Source of the DNA: Syntrophaceae bacterium
GTDB lineage: Bacteria > Desulfobacterota > Syntrophia > Syntrophales > Smithellaceae
DNA length: 64,000 nt
Assembly (NCBI GenBank): GCA_018436925.1
Contig: JAHDKI010000001.1
Location: forward strand, 128,098 to 192,097
Direction of reading: 5' to 3'
The translations under genes and the position numbers were made by a program. Shown piece by piece: positions 1-9,447 of this stretch; within the stretch, counting starts at the first letter, position 1; every line of letters starts with the position of its first letter. Below the pieces are notes generated by a model. It did no database searches. It was given only the letters and a program-made list of their open reading frames with translations, and was not told the origin of the DNA.

Positions 1-132
1 AAGGTAACGGTGATCGCTGAGATCATCCATAAGGGCAGCCGTTTGGTGTATATGTCCGGAACCATCCTGAACGAAAAAAAACAGATTGTCGCAAAAGGAT
101 CCACCCGGCTTTTTATGTTAAATCGAGAATAG
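1..132 (+). CDS. PaaI/hotdog-fold thioesterase, C-terminal fragment (5' truncated by window)
   Basis: Frame 1 reads KVTVIAEIIHKGSRLVYMSGTILNEKKQIVAKGSTRLFMLNRE*, a typical hotdog-fold C-terminus. Confidence 0.7.
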   Translation, partial: KVTVIAEIIHKGSRLVYMSGTILNEKKQIVAKGSTRLFMLNRE

Positions 133-284
133 AAAGCTGGCCGGTTGAAGGTGGCAGCGCTTTGCTTATGGCATTCATTTTGACCGGTTTGCCTTGAAGT
201 CCGATCTGCAACTCACGACGCGCCTTATTGAACACGCCCGGCGCGATTCTTTGCGCAGCAGATCCGTCTGACGAACGAAAAAAA

Positions 285-1724
285 TCATTCCCTCCTGTCC
301 GGGTGCGAATCCTTCCGGCCGCGTCCCGCAAAAAATGAAAAACCGGCCGAAAGGGCGGCAAGCGTCAGGCAAACCAACAAGCCGGCCTGAAACGGGCCTG
401 TTTCCGCCCGCCCGGCCTCTGCCAGCAAATCGGTTGGGATGCCCCGCCGGATGACCGATTCCACCAAAACGACGCCGACGGGTTGCCCGATGTAGAAGAA
501 GAAGCGAATGATTCCCGATGCCGCCCCTTGCTTCTCTTCGGGGGCGAAAAGCAGAATCTGACGGTTGTTGGGGGCAAGGTAGGTTCCGTAGCCGATTCCG
601 ACCAGGGCGAGAAAAACGACAGGAATCCAAAGTCCGGTAAAGCCGGTTGCCGCCGCCGCAAACGCCAGCGCTGCCGCCGCAAGCGTCATGCCCCCGGTGG
701 TCAAAAGGCGGTTGCCGATCCGGTCGGAAAGCCTGCCGGTCAGCGGACTCATCAGGATGTAGGCGCCGCTCACGATAAGCAGAAATCCTCCGGTTGCGGA
801 CTGGCCCAGCCCGCTTACGGCAATAAGATAAAACGGCATCAGAAAAAGAAAACCGCCGATCATCATCGACGTGCAGACGTTTGCCAGATTCGCCAGGCAC
901 AATCGAGTGTCGGACAGAAGGTCAAGATCCAAAAGCGGGTCGGGACAACGGCGTTCATGCACGATGAAGACGGCCAGCAACACGGCCGCAAGGGCAAGGC
1001 CACCCGCAATGAAGGGTGAGAACCATCCAATGGTCGCCCCCCGGTTGAGCGCGATCAGGAAGACGGCCAGCGCGGCGACGCTGAGCCCGATGCCGGGAAG
1101 GTCCGCAATAGCCCGGCGGGGAAGCGATAAGGAGGAAGGATCCGCCGGGAAGTAGCGGCTAACGATCCAAAATGCCGCAACGCCGACAGGGATGTTCACC
1201 AGAAAGATAAAGCGCCAACCGAGAAATTCAGACAGGAATCCGCCCAGCGGGGCGCCCAGCGCCGCGCCGACAGCCGAGGCCGCGCTGACCATTCCGATGC
1301 CCCTGCCCCGGGATTCCGGGGGAAAGTAATAGCCAACGGCCGCAAGCGATGTGGCCGAAAGCATGCCCCCGCCGATTCCCTGAAGAAGACGGCCGAAAAC
1401 AAGCACTGGAAAACTGGGGGCAAGTCCACACACCAGGGAACTGGCCGTAAACAGGGCAAAGCCGGCCATCATCACGCGCCTGATGCCCCAGCGGTCTGCG
1501 GTACGGCCCATCGGCAGAACGGCGCCGGCCAGCATGACGGTGTAAGCCAGAAGCACGGCGACGCCGAAGCCGGTATCCACCGCGAGGTCTTGCGTGATGG
1601 TGGGCAGCGACACCGTTACGATGGTGCTATCAAGAATGTTCATGAATGCGGCGCACCCTGCGCCGATGAGGATCATCGTTCCGGATCGGCCTTTTGCGTC
1701 TGTTTCGGAAAGCATTCGGGCCAT
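285..1724 (-). CDS. MFS transporter, DHA2 (EmrB/QacA-like) family
   Basis: 479 aa, many hydrophobic helices, LDSTIVTVSLPTI, GRTADRWGIRR, GRLLQGIGGG, WRFIFLVNIPVG motifs. Confidence 0.9.
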   Translation of the reverse strand: MARMLSETDAKGRSGTMILIGAGCAAFMNILDSTIVTVSLPTITQDLAVDTGFGVAVLLAYTVMLAGAVLPMGRTADRWGIRRVMMAGFALFTASSLVCGLAPSFPVLVFGRLLQGIGGGMLSATSLAAVGYYFPPESRGRGIGMVSAASAVGAALGAPLGGFLSEFLGWRFIFLVNIPVGVAAFWIVSRYFPADPSSLSLPRRAIADLPGIGLSVAALAVFLIALNRGATIGWFSPFIAGGLALAAVLLAVFIVHERRCPDPLLDLDLLSDTRLCLANLANVCTSMMIGGFLFLMPFYLIAVSGLGQSATGGFLLIVSGAYILMSPLTGRLSDRIGNRLLTTGGMTLAAAALAFAAAATGFTGLWIPVVFLALVGIGYGTYLAPNNRQILLFAPEEKQGAASGIIRFFFYIGQPVGVVLVESVIRRGIPTDLLAEAGRAETGPFQAGLLVCLTLAALSAGFSFFAGRGRKDSHPDRRE

Positions 1725-1726
1725 GA

Positions 1727-3223
1727 TTACGTTCCGGATGCGCTTATTGCGGTTTTAACATCGTTAAGCAGTTCGTTGCTGAAGCCCGGAGCCAGTCGCA
1801 GGTAGTCTAAATCAAACGGAACGCAGATACGCTGAAGCCTGGCGCTGTCTCCGTCTTGCGACTGGCAGGGACGGATGCCGGTGAAGACGAAGCCCGCTTC
1901 TTCGGCCAGTTCGAACAGCAGGGCCGTCGCGGTTTGGGCAAGCGGCAGGTCGAGGTCCACGACCTCCGCGCCGGCGAGGTTCTCCATGTCCCTCGCCGCC
2001 TGCAGGATCTCCGGCCACTGGCGCTCGTCGGCCGTGGTTACGGTGATGATCCCCTTTTGAAGCGTCCGGTCGAACTGAATTCGAAAATTGCCTGGCGATG
2101 CCGCCGGAATGGGTTTGCCGAACGCGCAGGATTGCCCGAGGTTTTCGTAGAGCCTCGCGATCATGGCCTGTTGGCGCACCGGAACATGGATTGTCACCGG
2201 CGGTGGCGGGATCAGGTAATGAAAGCAATGGACATAGGATTCACGCTGGGGCTTGGCCTGAAGGCTGATCAGCGCCTTGAACTGACGCGGCGGACAGGCG
2301 GCAAGGTCAAGCCCGCAGGGGACAAACCCGAACCGGTAGGTTTCCTTTTGGCTGATGGCGTGGCTGGTGACCGGATTTGCCGACAGGCCGCTAAGCCCCA
2401 TGGAGCTGGCTTTTTCCGCCAAAGCGTCCGTGAGGCGTTCCATGATATGGCGGCCTCGGTGCGCCGGAGCGACCACCAGAAGAGCCATTTCGGCCATGGC
2501 AACCGGCTCTGGCCGCAGAAGCCCCGCATGACCGGCCACTTGTCCGTCTTCACCGACTGCCACATAGCTGATCACCTGGCCGCTCCCGATGAGGTGCAAA
2601 AGCCCCTCGGGCCGGTAGAAGTTTTCGTTCTTGTAAGTGTAGCCATACGCCAGCCAGAAAAGGCGGGGGATCTGCGGCGCTTCTTCCGGACGCATCAGGC
2701 GGATCTCGTAGCGCTGTTCGGGGGCCAGCGGAACCTCTGAGATTGCATGATCGGGCAGGATGTCGATCGATTGAGACAGCCGCTTGATCATGCGCAGAAC
2801 TTTTCCCTGCCGTCCGAGATTTTCGAAGCGCACCTCGTCGGCCGCGTGCCGGATAAGCCGCAGCCCGATGCCGCTTTCTGAAACGGCCCCATCCGCAGGG
2901 GCGGGGGCCATTTTGTCGTCGAAGGGAATGCCTTCGTCGCGAAATGATATGTCCAGTTCGGACGCCCCAAGGGCGCCTTCAATGTGGACATCGCCCGCCC
3001 GGCAACCGGGGTAGGCATGCTCAACAATATTGACAAAAGCTTCTTCGCTGGCCACCTCAAGAAGCTGGGCCTCTCCGGACGGAAGGCCAGCCGCTATGGC
3101 CAGCTCGCGGACGAATCCCTGAACGAGCGCAAGGAATAGCTGATCGGCGGGAACTGATAACTTCAAAGACAGGGGCTTTCCGGGTTGGGAGGGTTGAGCG
3201 GTTGCGTGGGTATCTGCAAGCAT
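1727..3223 (-). CDS. RsbW-like ATP-binding (HATPase) domain fused to GNAT-like acyltransferase domain
   Basis: EEAFVNIVEHAY, DEGIPFD and GIGLRLI boxes, then VVAPAHRGRHI GNAT motif; ATG at 3223 preceded by GAGGTG. Confidence 0.75.
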   Translation of the reverse strand: MLADTHATAQPSQPGKPLSLKLSVPADQLFLALVQGFVRELAIAAGLPSGEAQLLEVASEEAFVNIVEHAYPGCRAGDVHIEGALGASELDISFRDEGIPFDDKMAPAPADGAVSESGIGLRLIRHAADEVRFENLGRQGKVLRMIKRLSQSIDILPDHAISEVPLAPEQRYEIRLMRPEEAPQIPRLFWLAYGYTYKNENFYRPEGLLHLIGSGQVISYVAVGEDGQVAGHAGLLRPEPVAMAEMALLVVAPAHRGRHIMERLTDALAEKASSMGLSGLSANPVTSHAISQKETYRFGFVPCGLDLAACPPRQFKALISLQAKPQRESYVHCFHYLIPPPPVTIHVPVRQQAMIARLYENLGQSCAFGKPIPAASPGNFRIQFDRTLQKGIITVTTADERQWPEILQAARDMENLAGAEVVDLDLPLAQTATALLFELAEEAGFVFTGIRPCQSQDGDSARLQRICVPFDLDYLRLAPGFSNELLNDVKTAISASGT

Positions 3224-3487
3224 GGTCACCTCATTCGGCATTGATCTGCAACGAGAGTTTATTCCCGAGTCCGCTTGCCGGACCGGGTAAAAGCGCTTTT
3301 GGGCAATAGCACACGATAAAACTGAAAACAACGGCGGTTTTTGCCTGAAAGGGTCTTTTGCTCAGTCGCTCGTTCCGCAGCCAAAAGCGCCTGAGGCGAT
3401 GTCCTGAGTTGTCAATCTCGGTTTGTTTTCCGTAGCCTGGCCATCGGAGGAGGGAATATCAGGGCGAATACTATTCCAATTAGTTAT

Positions 3488-3516
3488 TTGACGGATGCAT
3501 ATTATTCATATATAGG
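3488..3516 (+). promoter_or_regulatory. putative sigma-70 promoter of mvhD operon
   Basis: TTGACG-17 bp-TATAGG. Confidence 0.5.
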
Positions 3517-3557
3517 CACGGCCGTAAGATGACACTGTCCCGATAGGAGGAATAGAT

Positions 3558-4001
3558 ATGGCCGAAAATTCAGCGAATCAGGAATGGGAGCCGACCATCG
3601 CGGCGATTGTCTGCAACTGGTGCACCTACGCGGGGGCCGATCTGGCCGGAATCAGCCGGATTCAGTATCCGCCGAATATAAGAATCGTTCGAGTGCCCTG
3701 CACGGGCCGAATCAATCCCTTCTACATCGTCAAGGCCCTTCAGTCAGGCGCCGACGGTGTTTTGGTGTCCGGTTGTCATCCGGGGGAATGTCATTACATA
3801 TCGGGGAATCTGGTGGCGCGCCGCAAGTTCGCAACGCTTAAGAGCTTCCTGAATTACGTCGGCATCGAAAGCGATCGGACGATTTTCACTTGGGTGTCCG
3901 CGTCGGAAGGCGACCGTTTCGCGCAAGTGATAAAAGGCGTGACGGAAAAAGTCCGGGCGCTGGGTCCGGCGAATAAACTGATCAAGAAACTAAAAAGATA
4001 G
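3558..4001 (+). CDS. mvhD: hydrogenase iron-sulfur subunit (MvhD/FlpD family)
   Basis: CNWCTYAGADLAG, RVPCTGR, GADGVLVSGCHPGECHYISGN, WVSASEG; AGGAGG RBS. Confidence 0.92.
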   Translation: MAENSANQEWEPTIAAIVCNWCTYAGADLAGISRIQYPPNIRIVRVPCTGRINPFYIVKALQSGADGVLVSGCHPGECHYISGNLVARRKFATLKSFLNYVGIESDRTIFTWVSASEGDRFAQVIKGVTEKVRALGPANKLIKKLKR

Positions 4002-4013
4002 GGGAATAAAAAA

Positions 4014-5177
4014 ATGAAATCAGGTGTCGAGCCACTAGTAAATGATGGATTTGCAGGGGAACCGGCGAAGCGGTGTGTTGGATATGTTCAGTCTCAGCGT
4101 GAAAAAGGGAAAAATGTTGTGGGTATTTACTGCACCTACGGTCCTCTGGAAGTCGTCCGGGCGGCAGGCGCCGTCCCCGCGGTTTTGTGCGCGTTTGCCG
4201 ACAAGACGATCGCGGCGGCGGAAGAAGACCTGCCCGCGAATCTCTGCCCGCTTATCAAATCGAGTTACGGATTTATCAAAACCGACACCTGCCCCTTTTA
4301 CTCGCTAGCCGATGTGGTGATCGGAGAGACGACCTGTGACGGCAAGAAGAAAATGTTTGAACTGATTGCGGGAATCAAGCCCACCCACGTAATGGATCTG
4401 CCGCAATTACCGGATCAAAAAGAGGCGCTCGAGAACTGGACGGAAATGGTAAAGAAACTCAAAGGCTTTCTGGAGACAACCCTCAAGACCCAAATTTCCG
4501 ATGAAGCCGTCGAAGCGGAGATTCAGCATTCCAATGTCAAGAACAAGCTTCTCAATACGATTCTCGATTTTGCCGCCTTAACCCCCACGCCGCTGACCTG
4601 GCAGGAGATGTACGACCTGACCTATCTCGGGCAGGCCGCAAGCACAGCCGACATGATGAAGGTGATGGAAGACGCGCTGGCTAAAGTGCAAAAGCGTGTG
4701 GCCGACGGTGTTTTCCACGGCCAGCCGGATTCACCGCGCGTATTAGTGACCGGCACGCCGGTGGGCGGAGACGCGACCAAAGTGTTCAAGATCATCGAAG
4801 AATCAGGCGGTGTCATCGTCGCGCTCGATTTATGCACGGGATTGAAGCCCTACGCGGGCCATATCGAAGAAGGCGCGGCCGACCCCTATCGGGCGATTTC
4901 AAAACGTTATCTGGAGATTCCCTGCGCCTGCATGACGCCCAACGATCGCCGGCTTTCCGAGTTGGACCGCCTCATTGAAAAATTCAAGCCGGACGCGGTG
5001 ATCGACGTCGTCCTTCATGCCTGTCATGGATACAGCATTGAATCGACTAAAGTGAAGAAGCATATAGAGGGCAAACACAAGTTGCCTTACTTGAAAATCG
5101 AAACGGACTATTCGCAAAGCGATGTGGGGCAGATCCGCACCCGCGTGGCAGCCACTCTGGAGATGGTGCATAAATAA
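4014..5177 (+). CDS. double-cubane-cluster protein (2-hydroxyacyl-CoA dehydratase subunit family)
   Basis: GIYCTY, LPANLCPLIKSSYG, TCPFY, GETTCDGKKKMFE, PCACMTPN, IETDYSQSDVGQIRTR. Confidence 0.85.
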   Translation: MKSGVEPLVNDGFAGEPAKRCVGYVQSQREKGKNVVGIYCTYGPLEVVRAAGAVPAVLCAFADKTIAAAEEDLPANLCPLIKSSYGFIKTDTCPFYSLADVVIGETTCDGKKKMFELIAGIKPTHVMDLPQLPDQKEALENWTEMVKKLKGFLETTLKTQISDEAVEAEIQHSNVKNKLLNTILDFAALTPTPLTWQEMYDLTYLGQAASTADMMKVMEDALAKVQKRVADGVFHGQPDSPRVLVTGTPVGGDATKVFKIIEESGGVIVALDLCTGLKPYAGHIEEGAADPYRAISKRYLEIPCACMTPNDRRLSELDRLIEKFKPDAVIDVVLHACHGYSIESTKVKKHIEGKHKLPYLKIETDYSQSDVGQIRTRVAATLEMVHK

Positions 5178-5255
5178 TAATTGTAGGGAATGGTTAGCTC
5201 GCCCATCGTATGCTTGAGCGACCGTTCCCTACGCGAGAGACCAGGAGTAAAGAAA

Positions 5256-5864
5256 ATGAGCGAAATCAAAATCGTCAACGCCACGGGGCTTGCCTGTCCG
5301 CAGCCGGTGGTCCTGGCCAAGGAGGCCATTGAAAAAAACGATCAGGTTAAGGTGGTCGTCGATAACGAAACGGCGCTGGAAAACGTCAAACGCCTGGGAA
5401 CGAAGCTCGGCTGCGATGTGTCGGTTGAAGCCAAAGCCGACGGAATATTTGAAATCATACTTCAGCGCAAGGCGGGGGCGGCGCTGCCGGATGTTGCTGT
5501 ATCGTGCGACGCCTCCACGCCTGCGGGCGGGCCTTTCGTCGTCGCCTGCGCCGAAGATAAAATGGGCCGGGGGAGTGACGAACTCGGATCGGTTCTGATG
5601 CGTTCCTTTCTCCACACGCTGGTTTTGCAAAAAGAGAAACCCGATGTGATGATCTTCTATAATAGCGGCGTGAAGCTGACTGTATCCGGGTCCGAAACGC
5701 TTGACGATCTTAAAGAACTGGCGGCAGCTGGCGTGGAGATGCTGGTTTGCGGCACCTGTCTGAACTATTTTGAGATCAAGGATCAGCTTGCCGTGGGCGT
5801 TGTGTCGAATATGTACGACATCGCCTCGACCATGAGCCGCGCCGGCAGACTTTTAACCCCATGA
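5256..5864 (+). CDS. yedF: sulfurtransferase-like selenium metabolism protein (TusA/SirA + DsrE-like domains)
   Basis: GLACPQPVV TusA motif, MGRGSDELG, FYNSGVKL, CGTCLNYF; ATG 5256 after AGGAG. Confidence 0.85.
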   Translation: MSEIKIVNATGLACPQPVVLAKEAIEKNDQVKVVVDNETALENVKRLGTKLGCDVSVEAKADGIFEIILQRKAGAALPDVAVSCDASTPAGGPFVVACAEDKMGRGSDELGSVLMRSFLHTLVLQKEKPDVMIFYNSGVKLTVSGSETLDDLKELAAAGVEMLVCGTCLNYFEIKDQLAVGVVSNMYDIASTMSRAGRLLTP

Positions 5865-6094
5865 GCCAATCCGCGCCCTATTTCGTGATGCTTTTCAAGG
5901 CGGTGAGTTACGCCCTGAAGGCGGAAAAGATTCTCAAAGCACAACAGGTGCCGCACAAGCTCATTCCGGTTCCCAAAGAGATCAGTTCGGATTGCGGGAT
6001 CTGCCTGCGTTACGAACTGCAACACCGTTGCTCAGTTGAAACGTCGCTGTTGAATCAAGTGATGTATGAAGAGATACGGATTCTCAGTCATTGA
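5861..6094 (+). CDS. DUF3343 family protein
   Basis: ALKAEKILK...LIPVPKEISSDCGICL signature; ATGA overlap with yedF. Confidence 0.8.
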   Translation: MSQSAPYFVMLFKAVSYALKAEKILKAQQVPHKLIPVPKEISSDCGICLRYELQHRCSVETSLLNQVMYEEIRILSH

Positions 6095-6225
6095 ATGACC
6101 GGGATAGTCGGCTGGCGCCGCCCGCCGGACTTCAAATCCGATAGACGAACGATAAAATATTTGTGCTTTTCAGTTCGATGCCGAACCCGGCCTTGCCAAA
6201 TAACGACAATTGACGGCCGGATGCA

Positions 6226-7050
6226 CTAGATGAGCCAACAGGATAAATCTTTTCCGGTTAGCGACTGGAGAGACTCTATATCCTCCCGATAGCTCTCCAT
6301 GATGAGGCGGCGATACCTCGCTTTCAAAACAGGATAACGCCGCGCCTTCCGCCACGAAATATCGACGGCAACGTAAGGCCGGTTCAAAGCCATCGCTTTC
6401 AGATATCGACCGATGCTCAGCCCGCCGACGTTGATTTTTCCGGGGGGGCCGTCATCGGGCAGGCGATCCGGGTTGACATCAAGAAACTGTAGAATGTTTC
6501 GAATTGTTCCCGGGATGTCGCCGACGAAGTCTTCGAAGAAAAGAATTTTCATGTTTCCGATGGAAAAGAATTTCAGGTAACGCTTGATCTGATCCGCGAA
6601 GAAGCCGCGGCTGATGTAGCTGAAGCGCGCTTTTTCGGTTTGACCGTGTTTCGTCCGAACGGCCTCCATCGACATTGCCTCCATAAACGACAGTCGCTCA
6701 ATCCCTCTTTCATACTGCATGAAATAATGGGACAAGGCCCGATCGACCGGATGGCGCAAAAGAATAATCAGCTTGAGGTCGGGGCCAAGCACTTTGTAGA
6801 GCCGTTCCGGCGTAGCCTCGAAAAACAGATAAGAAGGCGTGATCTCACCGATCCGGCTGAAACTGTTTGCGCCGCGAAAGTAATGATCCTCATACCAGTC
6901 CGTCCCTTTTAAGTATTCATCGTCCCGATCAAAGAAATGCGGCTCTTTCGTTTCGGGAAGATAGATATCCGGATGCCGTTTCAAAAGGTCAAACAGCAGG
7001 GTTGTTCCCGCTTTTTGGGCCCCGATGCATAAAAAATTCGGCAGGCTCAT
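6226..7050 (-). CDS. PAPS-dependent sulfotransferase
   Basis: PNFLCIGAQKAGTT 5'-PSB loop, KEPHFF, GEITPSY, LRHPVDRALSHY 3'-PB motif. Confidence 0.9.
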   Translation of the reverse strand: MSLPNFLCIGAQKAGTTLLFDLLKRHPDIYLPETKEPHFFDRDDEYLKGTDWYEDHYFRGANSFSRIGEITPSYLFFEATPERLYKVLGPDLKLIILLRHPVDRALSHYFMQYERGIERLSFMEAMSMEAVRTKHGQTEKARFSYISRGFFADQIKRYLKFFSIGNMKILFFEDFVGDIPGTIRNILQFLDVNPDRLPDDGPPGKINVGGLSIGRYLKAMALNRPYVAVDISWRKARRYPVLKARYRRLIMESYREDIESLQSLTGKDLSCWLI

Positions 7051-7095
7051 CGTCTATCAGGCCTTGTCTGCATTCGAGCCATCAGTTTTGTCCTT

Positions 7096-8004
7096 TCACA
7101 CGAGGGATTGATCCGTTTCAATCGGGAAGCCCATTTTTCTCACGTCTTCCAGAAAAGCGTCCGGCAGGTCGAACCCGTTGAGGGCTTGCCATCGGCGAGG
7201 ATTCTGCGGCGGTGCGATGTCTTTGGAGAGTCGGCCAATGAGCGAGGCGTCGTGGCCGCGATAATTCAGAAACACCAACAACTGGTCCAGCTCTGCGCGG
7301 GGATTCTTTTGCAAATCGTCAAATCGGACGACATAAAACCGGTCTTTTAAACACTGGCGGCCTTTTGAAAGCGCTGTTTGATTCGCCTTAATCCAGTATT
7401 CCAAAGAAGCGGCCGGAAGATTCCGGTGCGTCTTGGGGGGTGCAATCCCGAACAGAGGGCCCCAATTATAAAGCTGCGCCTGGTTATTGCCCGTGGCAAT
7501 GTCCAGACCGTGCCGGATGACCAGAATAAATCTCAACTCCGGAAAGTGCCGGTTTAAACAGTCCAGATAAATATGAGCATTCGGTTCTTTCCAGCCCCAT
7601 CCGGAATATGGTTGGTTTGGTTTCCGGGGCGCCGCAAGCAGGTTCTTCAGTCGAATGAGCGGCCATATTCCACTTCCTGATCTTAAATGATCGTGACCGT
7701 GCAGCATCAGATCAAGAGCGGCTGCAATCAGAAAAAGCCATTCACCGGACGTGATCCTGCCTTTGTTCTTCATCCTTTTTTCAAAAAGCGTCAGTCCTTT
7801 GATGACTTGCGCCTGAAGATGCTTTTGTCGGCAAAACCAAGCCGGTCGTTTAAACAACAAGGTGAACCAAAGATTATCGAGCGCGTCATTGAGATCCGAA
7901 CCCATGTAGTAGCCGATATCCGTTAAAATCTTTGCGACGACCCGGGTGCCGCTGCCTCCGACTCCGCCGATAACCACGGGCCCATTTTGCCTCCAGTCAT
8001 TCAT
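7096..8004 (-). CDS. sulfotransferase family protein
   Basis: VVIGGVGGSGTR, WGWKEPN, FILVIRHGLDIA, VRFDDL; ATG 8004 overlaps radical SAM stop. Confidence 0.8.
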   Translation of the reverse strand: MNDWRQNGPVVIGGVGGSGTRVVAKILTDIGYYMGSDLNDALDNLWFTLLFKRPAWFCRQKHLQAQVIKGLTLFEKRMKNKGRITSGEWLFLIAAALDLMLHGHDHLRSGSGIWPLIRLKNLLAAPRKPNQPYSGWGWKEPNAHIYLDCLNRHFPELRFILVIRHGLDIATGNNQAQLYNWGPLFGIAPPKTHRNLPAASLEYWIKANQTALSKGRQCLKDRFYVVRFDDLQKNPRAELDQLLVFLNYRGHDASLIGRLSKDIAPPQNPRRWQALNGFDLPDAFLEDVRKMGFPIETDQSLV

Positions 8005-9052
8005 GGCAACCCTTTCCCTCAGGCGGCAGGTGGTCGAAAACCGATGGATTATAGCCTTCATACAGCCGATGGGGAGGGATCTCTTTTTTGGGATAAAAGA
8101 TTCGCAGCGTCCGGGAACGGTCGTAGTATTGATCCACGATTTTGAGGGCCTGATTTTCGTTTCCGCACCAGCAGACGTCTTGCGGGCAAAGGGTATCGGC
8201 CTGCTGAAATTCAATGCGGTCGGAAAGGATATTGCCCATTGTATTTGCTATCTGCTGGCAGGGGTAAACATTGCCCCGGTGATCCATGTAAATGTATTGC
8301 CGCCCGGCCCAACAGGCCATGCCCCGGGTCCGGCAGCCTTCGAGCAACAGCTTATAACTGTGAGGCGTATCCCAAAGCGTCCGAAGCTCGTCGAGTTCGC
8401 TTGGCGTGTAATCCCGTGGATAAATCTTTCCGTCGTCGGCATTGTCCGCGCCCCGCAAAGGTCCCACCAGGCCGTTCATAATCAGCGGGATCCCGAGGGC
8501 TTCGCATCTTTTTTTGTATGCGGCAATCCGGTCGAAGCGGCCTGGAATCGCGACCAGGCCGATATAGATTTCCGCGCCGGTATCCTTCAATTTTTTTGCC
8601 TTGTCAAAGAAATCGTCGATGTCCGCAATGACCGTATCGTGCAGCGTGCATCCGATTCCCAGCTTGGCCGTATCGGTTGTGTCGAGAAAGGGTTTGATGA
8701 CTTTGTTCCAGTCTGCGGCCAGATTGGTCGAGAAGCTGACGTTGAAAATGTTCGATCGGGTGTTGCAAATTGCACGAATGCAGGCCAGAAGTTCGGCGGA
8801 GGTGAATATTTCGCCGCCCACGCCGATTCTCAGGCTGATGCGGCGGGGAATTTTCTGAATTTTTCTGATGATGCGTTCAAAGGTCTCTGCGTCGAACAGA
8901 TTGTCCTGTTCCTTCCAGGAGGCGATACAATAAGGACAGTCCAGGTTGCATCGATGATATTTGATCTGATAACGAATTCCCAAATACGGCAAAGGGGAGG
9001 GTTTTTCTCCGCGGCGAAAAAGGCGGATGCTGGAAAGAAACGATCGTATCAT
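7997..9052 (-). CDS. radical SAM protein with SPASM/twitch-like C-terminal domain
   Basis: CNLDCPYC motif, GGE, C-terminal CWAG...GNVYPC...CPQDVCWC. Confidence 0.85.
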   Translation of the reverse strand: MIRSFLSSIRLFRRGEKPSPLPYLGIRYQIKYHRCNLDCPYCIASWKEQDNLFDAETFERIIRKIQKIPRRISLRIGVGGEIFTSAELLACIRAICNTRSNIFNVSFSTNLAADWNKVIKPFLDTTDTAKLGIGCTLHDTVIADIDDFFDKAKKLKDTGAEIYIGLVAIPGRFDRIAAYKKRCEALGIPLIMNGLVGPLRGADNADDGKIYPRDYTPSELDELRTLWDTPHSYKLLLEGCRTRGMACWAGRQYIYMDHRGNVYPCQQIANTMGNILSDRIEFQQADTLCPQDVCWCGNENQALKIVDQYYDRSRTLRIFYPKKEIPPHRLYEGYNPSVFDHLPPEGKGCHE

Positions 9053-9385
9053 AGGGCCTCTTAATCCGGCGATTGGACAAAAAAAGCGAACATTCTTTTC
9101 AAGAAGCGTTTGGTCATATAAACAGCCATCCCTTATGGGGGCCAGATTATACGCTCAATTTACGCAAATTCCAGTCATAAAAGGGCCGCATTATTCAGGT
9201 CGCAACCGTCATGCAGGCCTGGCTCGATATCCGGAAACGGCATGAAAGCGGTTTACGGGTTTCGGGCTCCGCCACACTCACAGACCGGCGAGACGCCTGA
9301 AATCCGGATCGCTCCGGGCCTGTTCACAGCCGCGAGGCTAGCCTTCGTTCCACAAGACAGCCCGATTTTTGAGGCCAACATGACC

Positions 9386-9414
9386 TTGACAGGAAGTCCG
9401 CCTTTCCTTAATCT
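9386..9414 (+). promoter_or_regulatory. putative sigma-70 promoter
   Basis: TTGACA-17 bp-TAATCT upstream of patB-like gene. Confidence 0.55.
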
Positions 9415-9447
9415 TCCTCTGAATTGAAAGAAGGATCCGTAAACCCT

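Noticed and set aside
3300-3460. Possible glycine riboswitch on minus strand (CTTTCAGGCAAAAAC)
   Set aside because: The conserved GGAGAG and CCGAAG elements are missing; only the 3' fragment resembles the motif.
3558-6094. Selenocysteine read-through in mvhD/yedF/DUF3343
   Set aside because: All expected Cys positions are ordinary Cys codons and the ORFs are full length.
7946-9064. Long antisense ORFs (this one, also 20088-21167, 24485-25519, 34226-35239, 46167-47240)
   Set aside because: They are shadows of well-supported genes on the opposite strand, common in GC-rich DNA, and carry no recognisable motifs.
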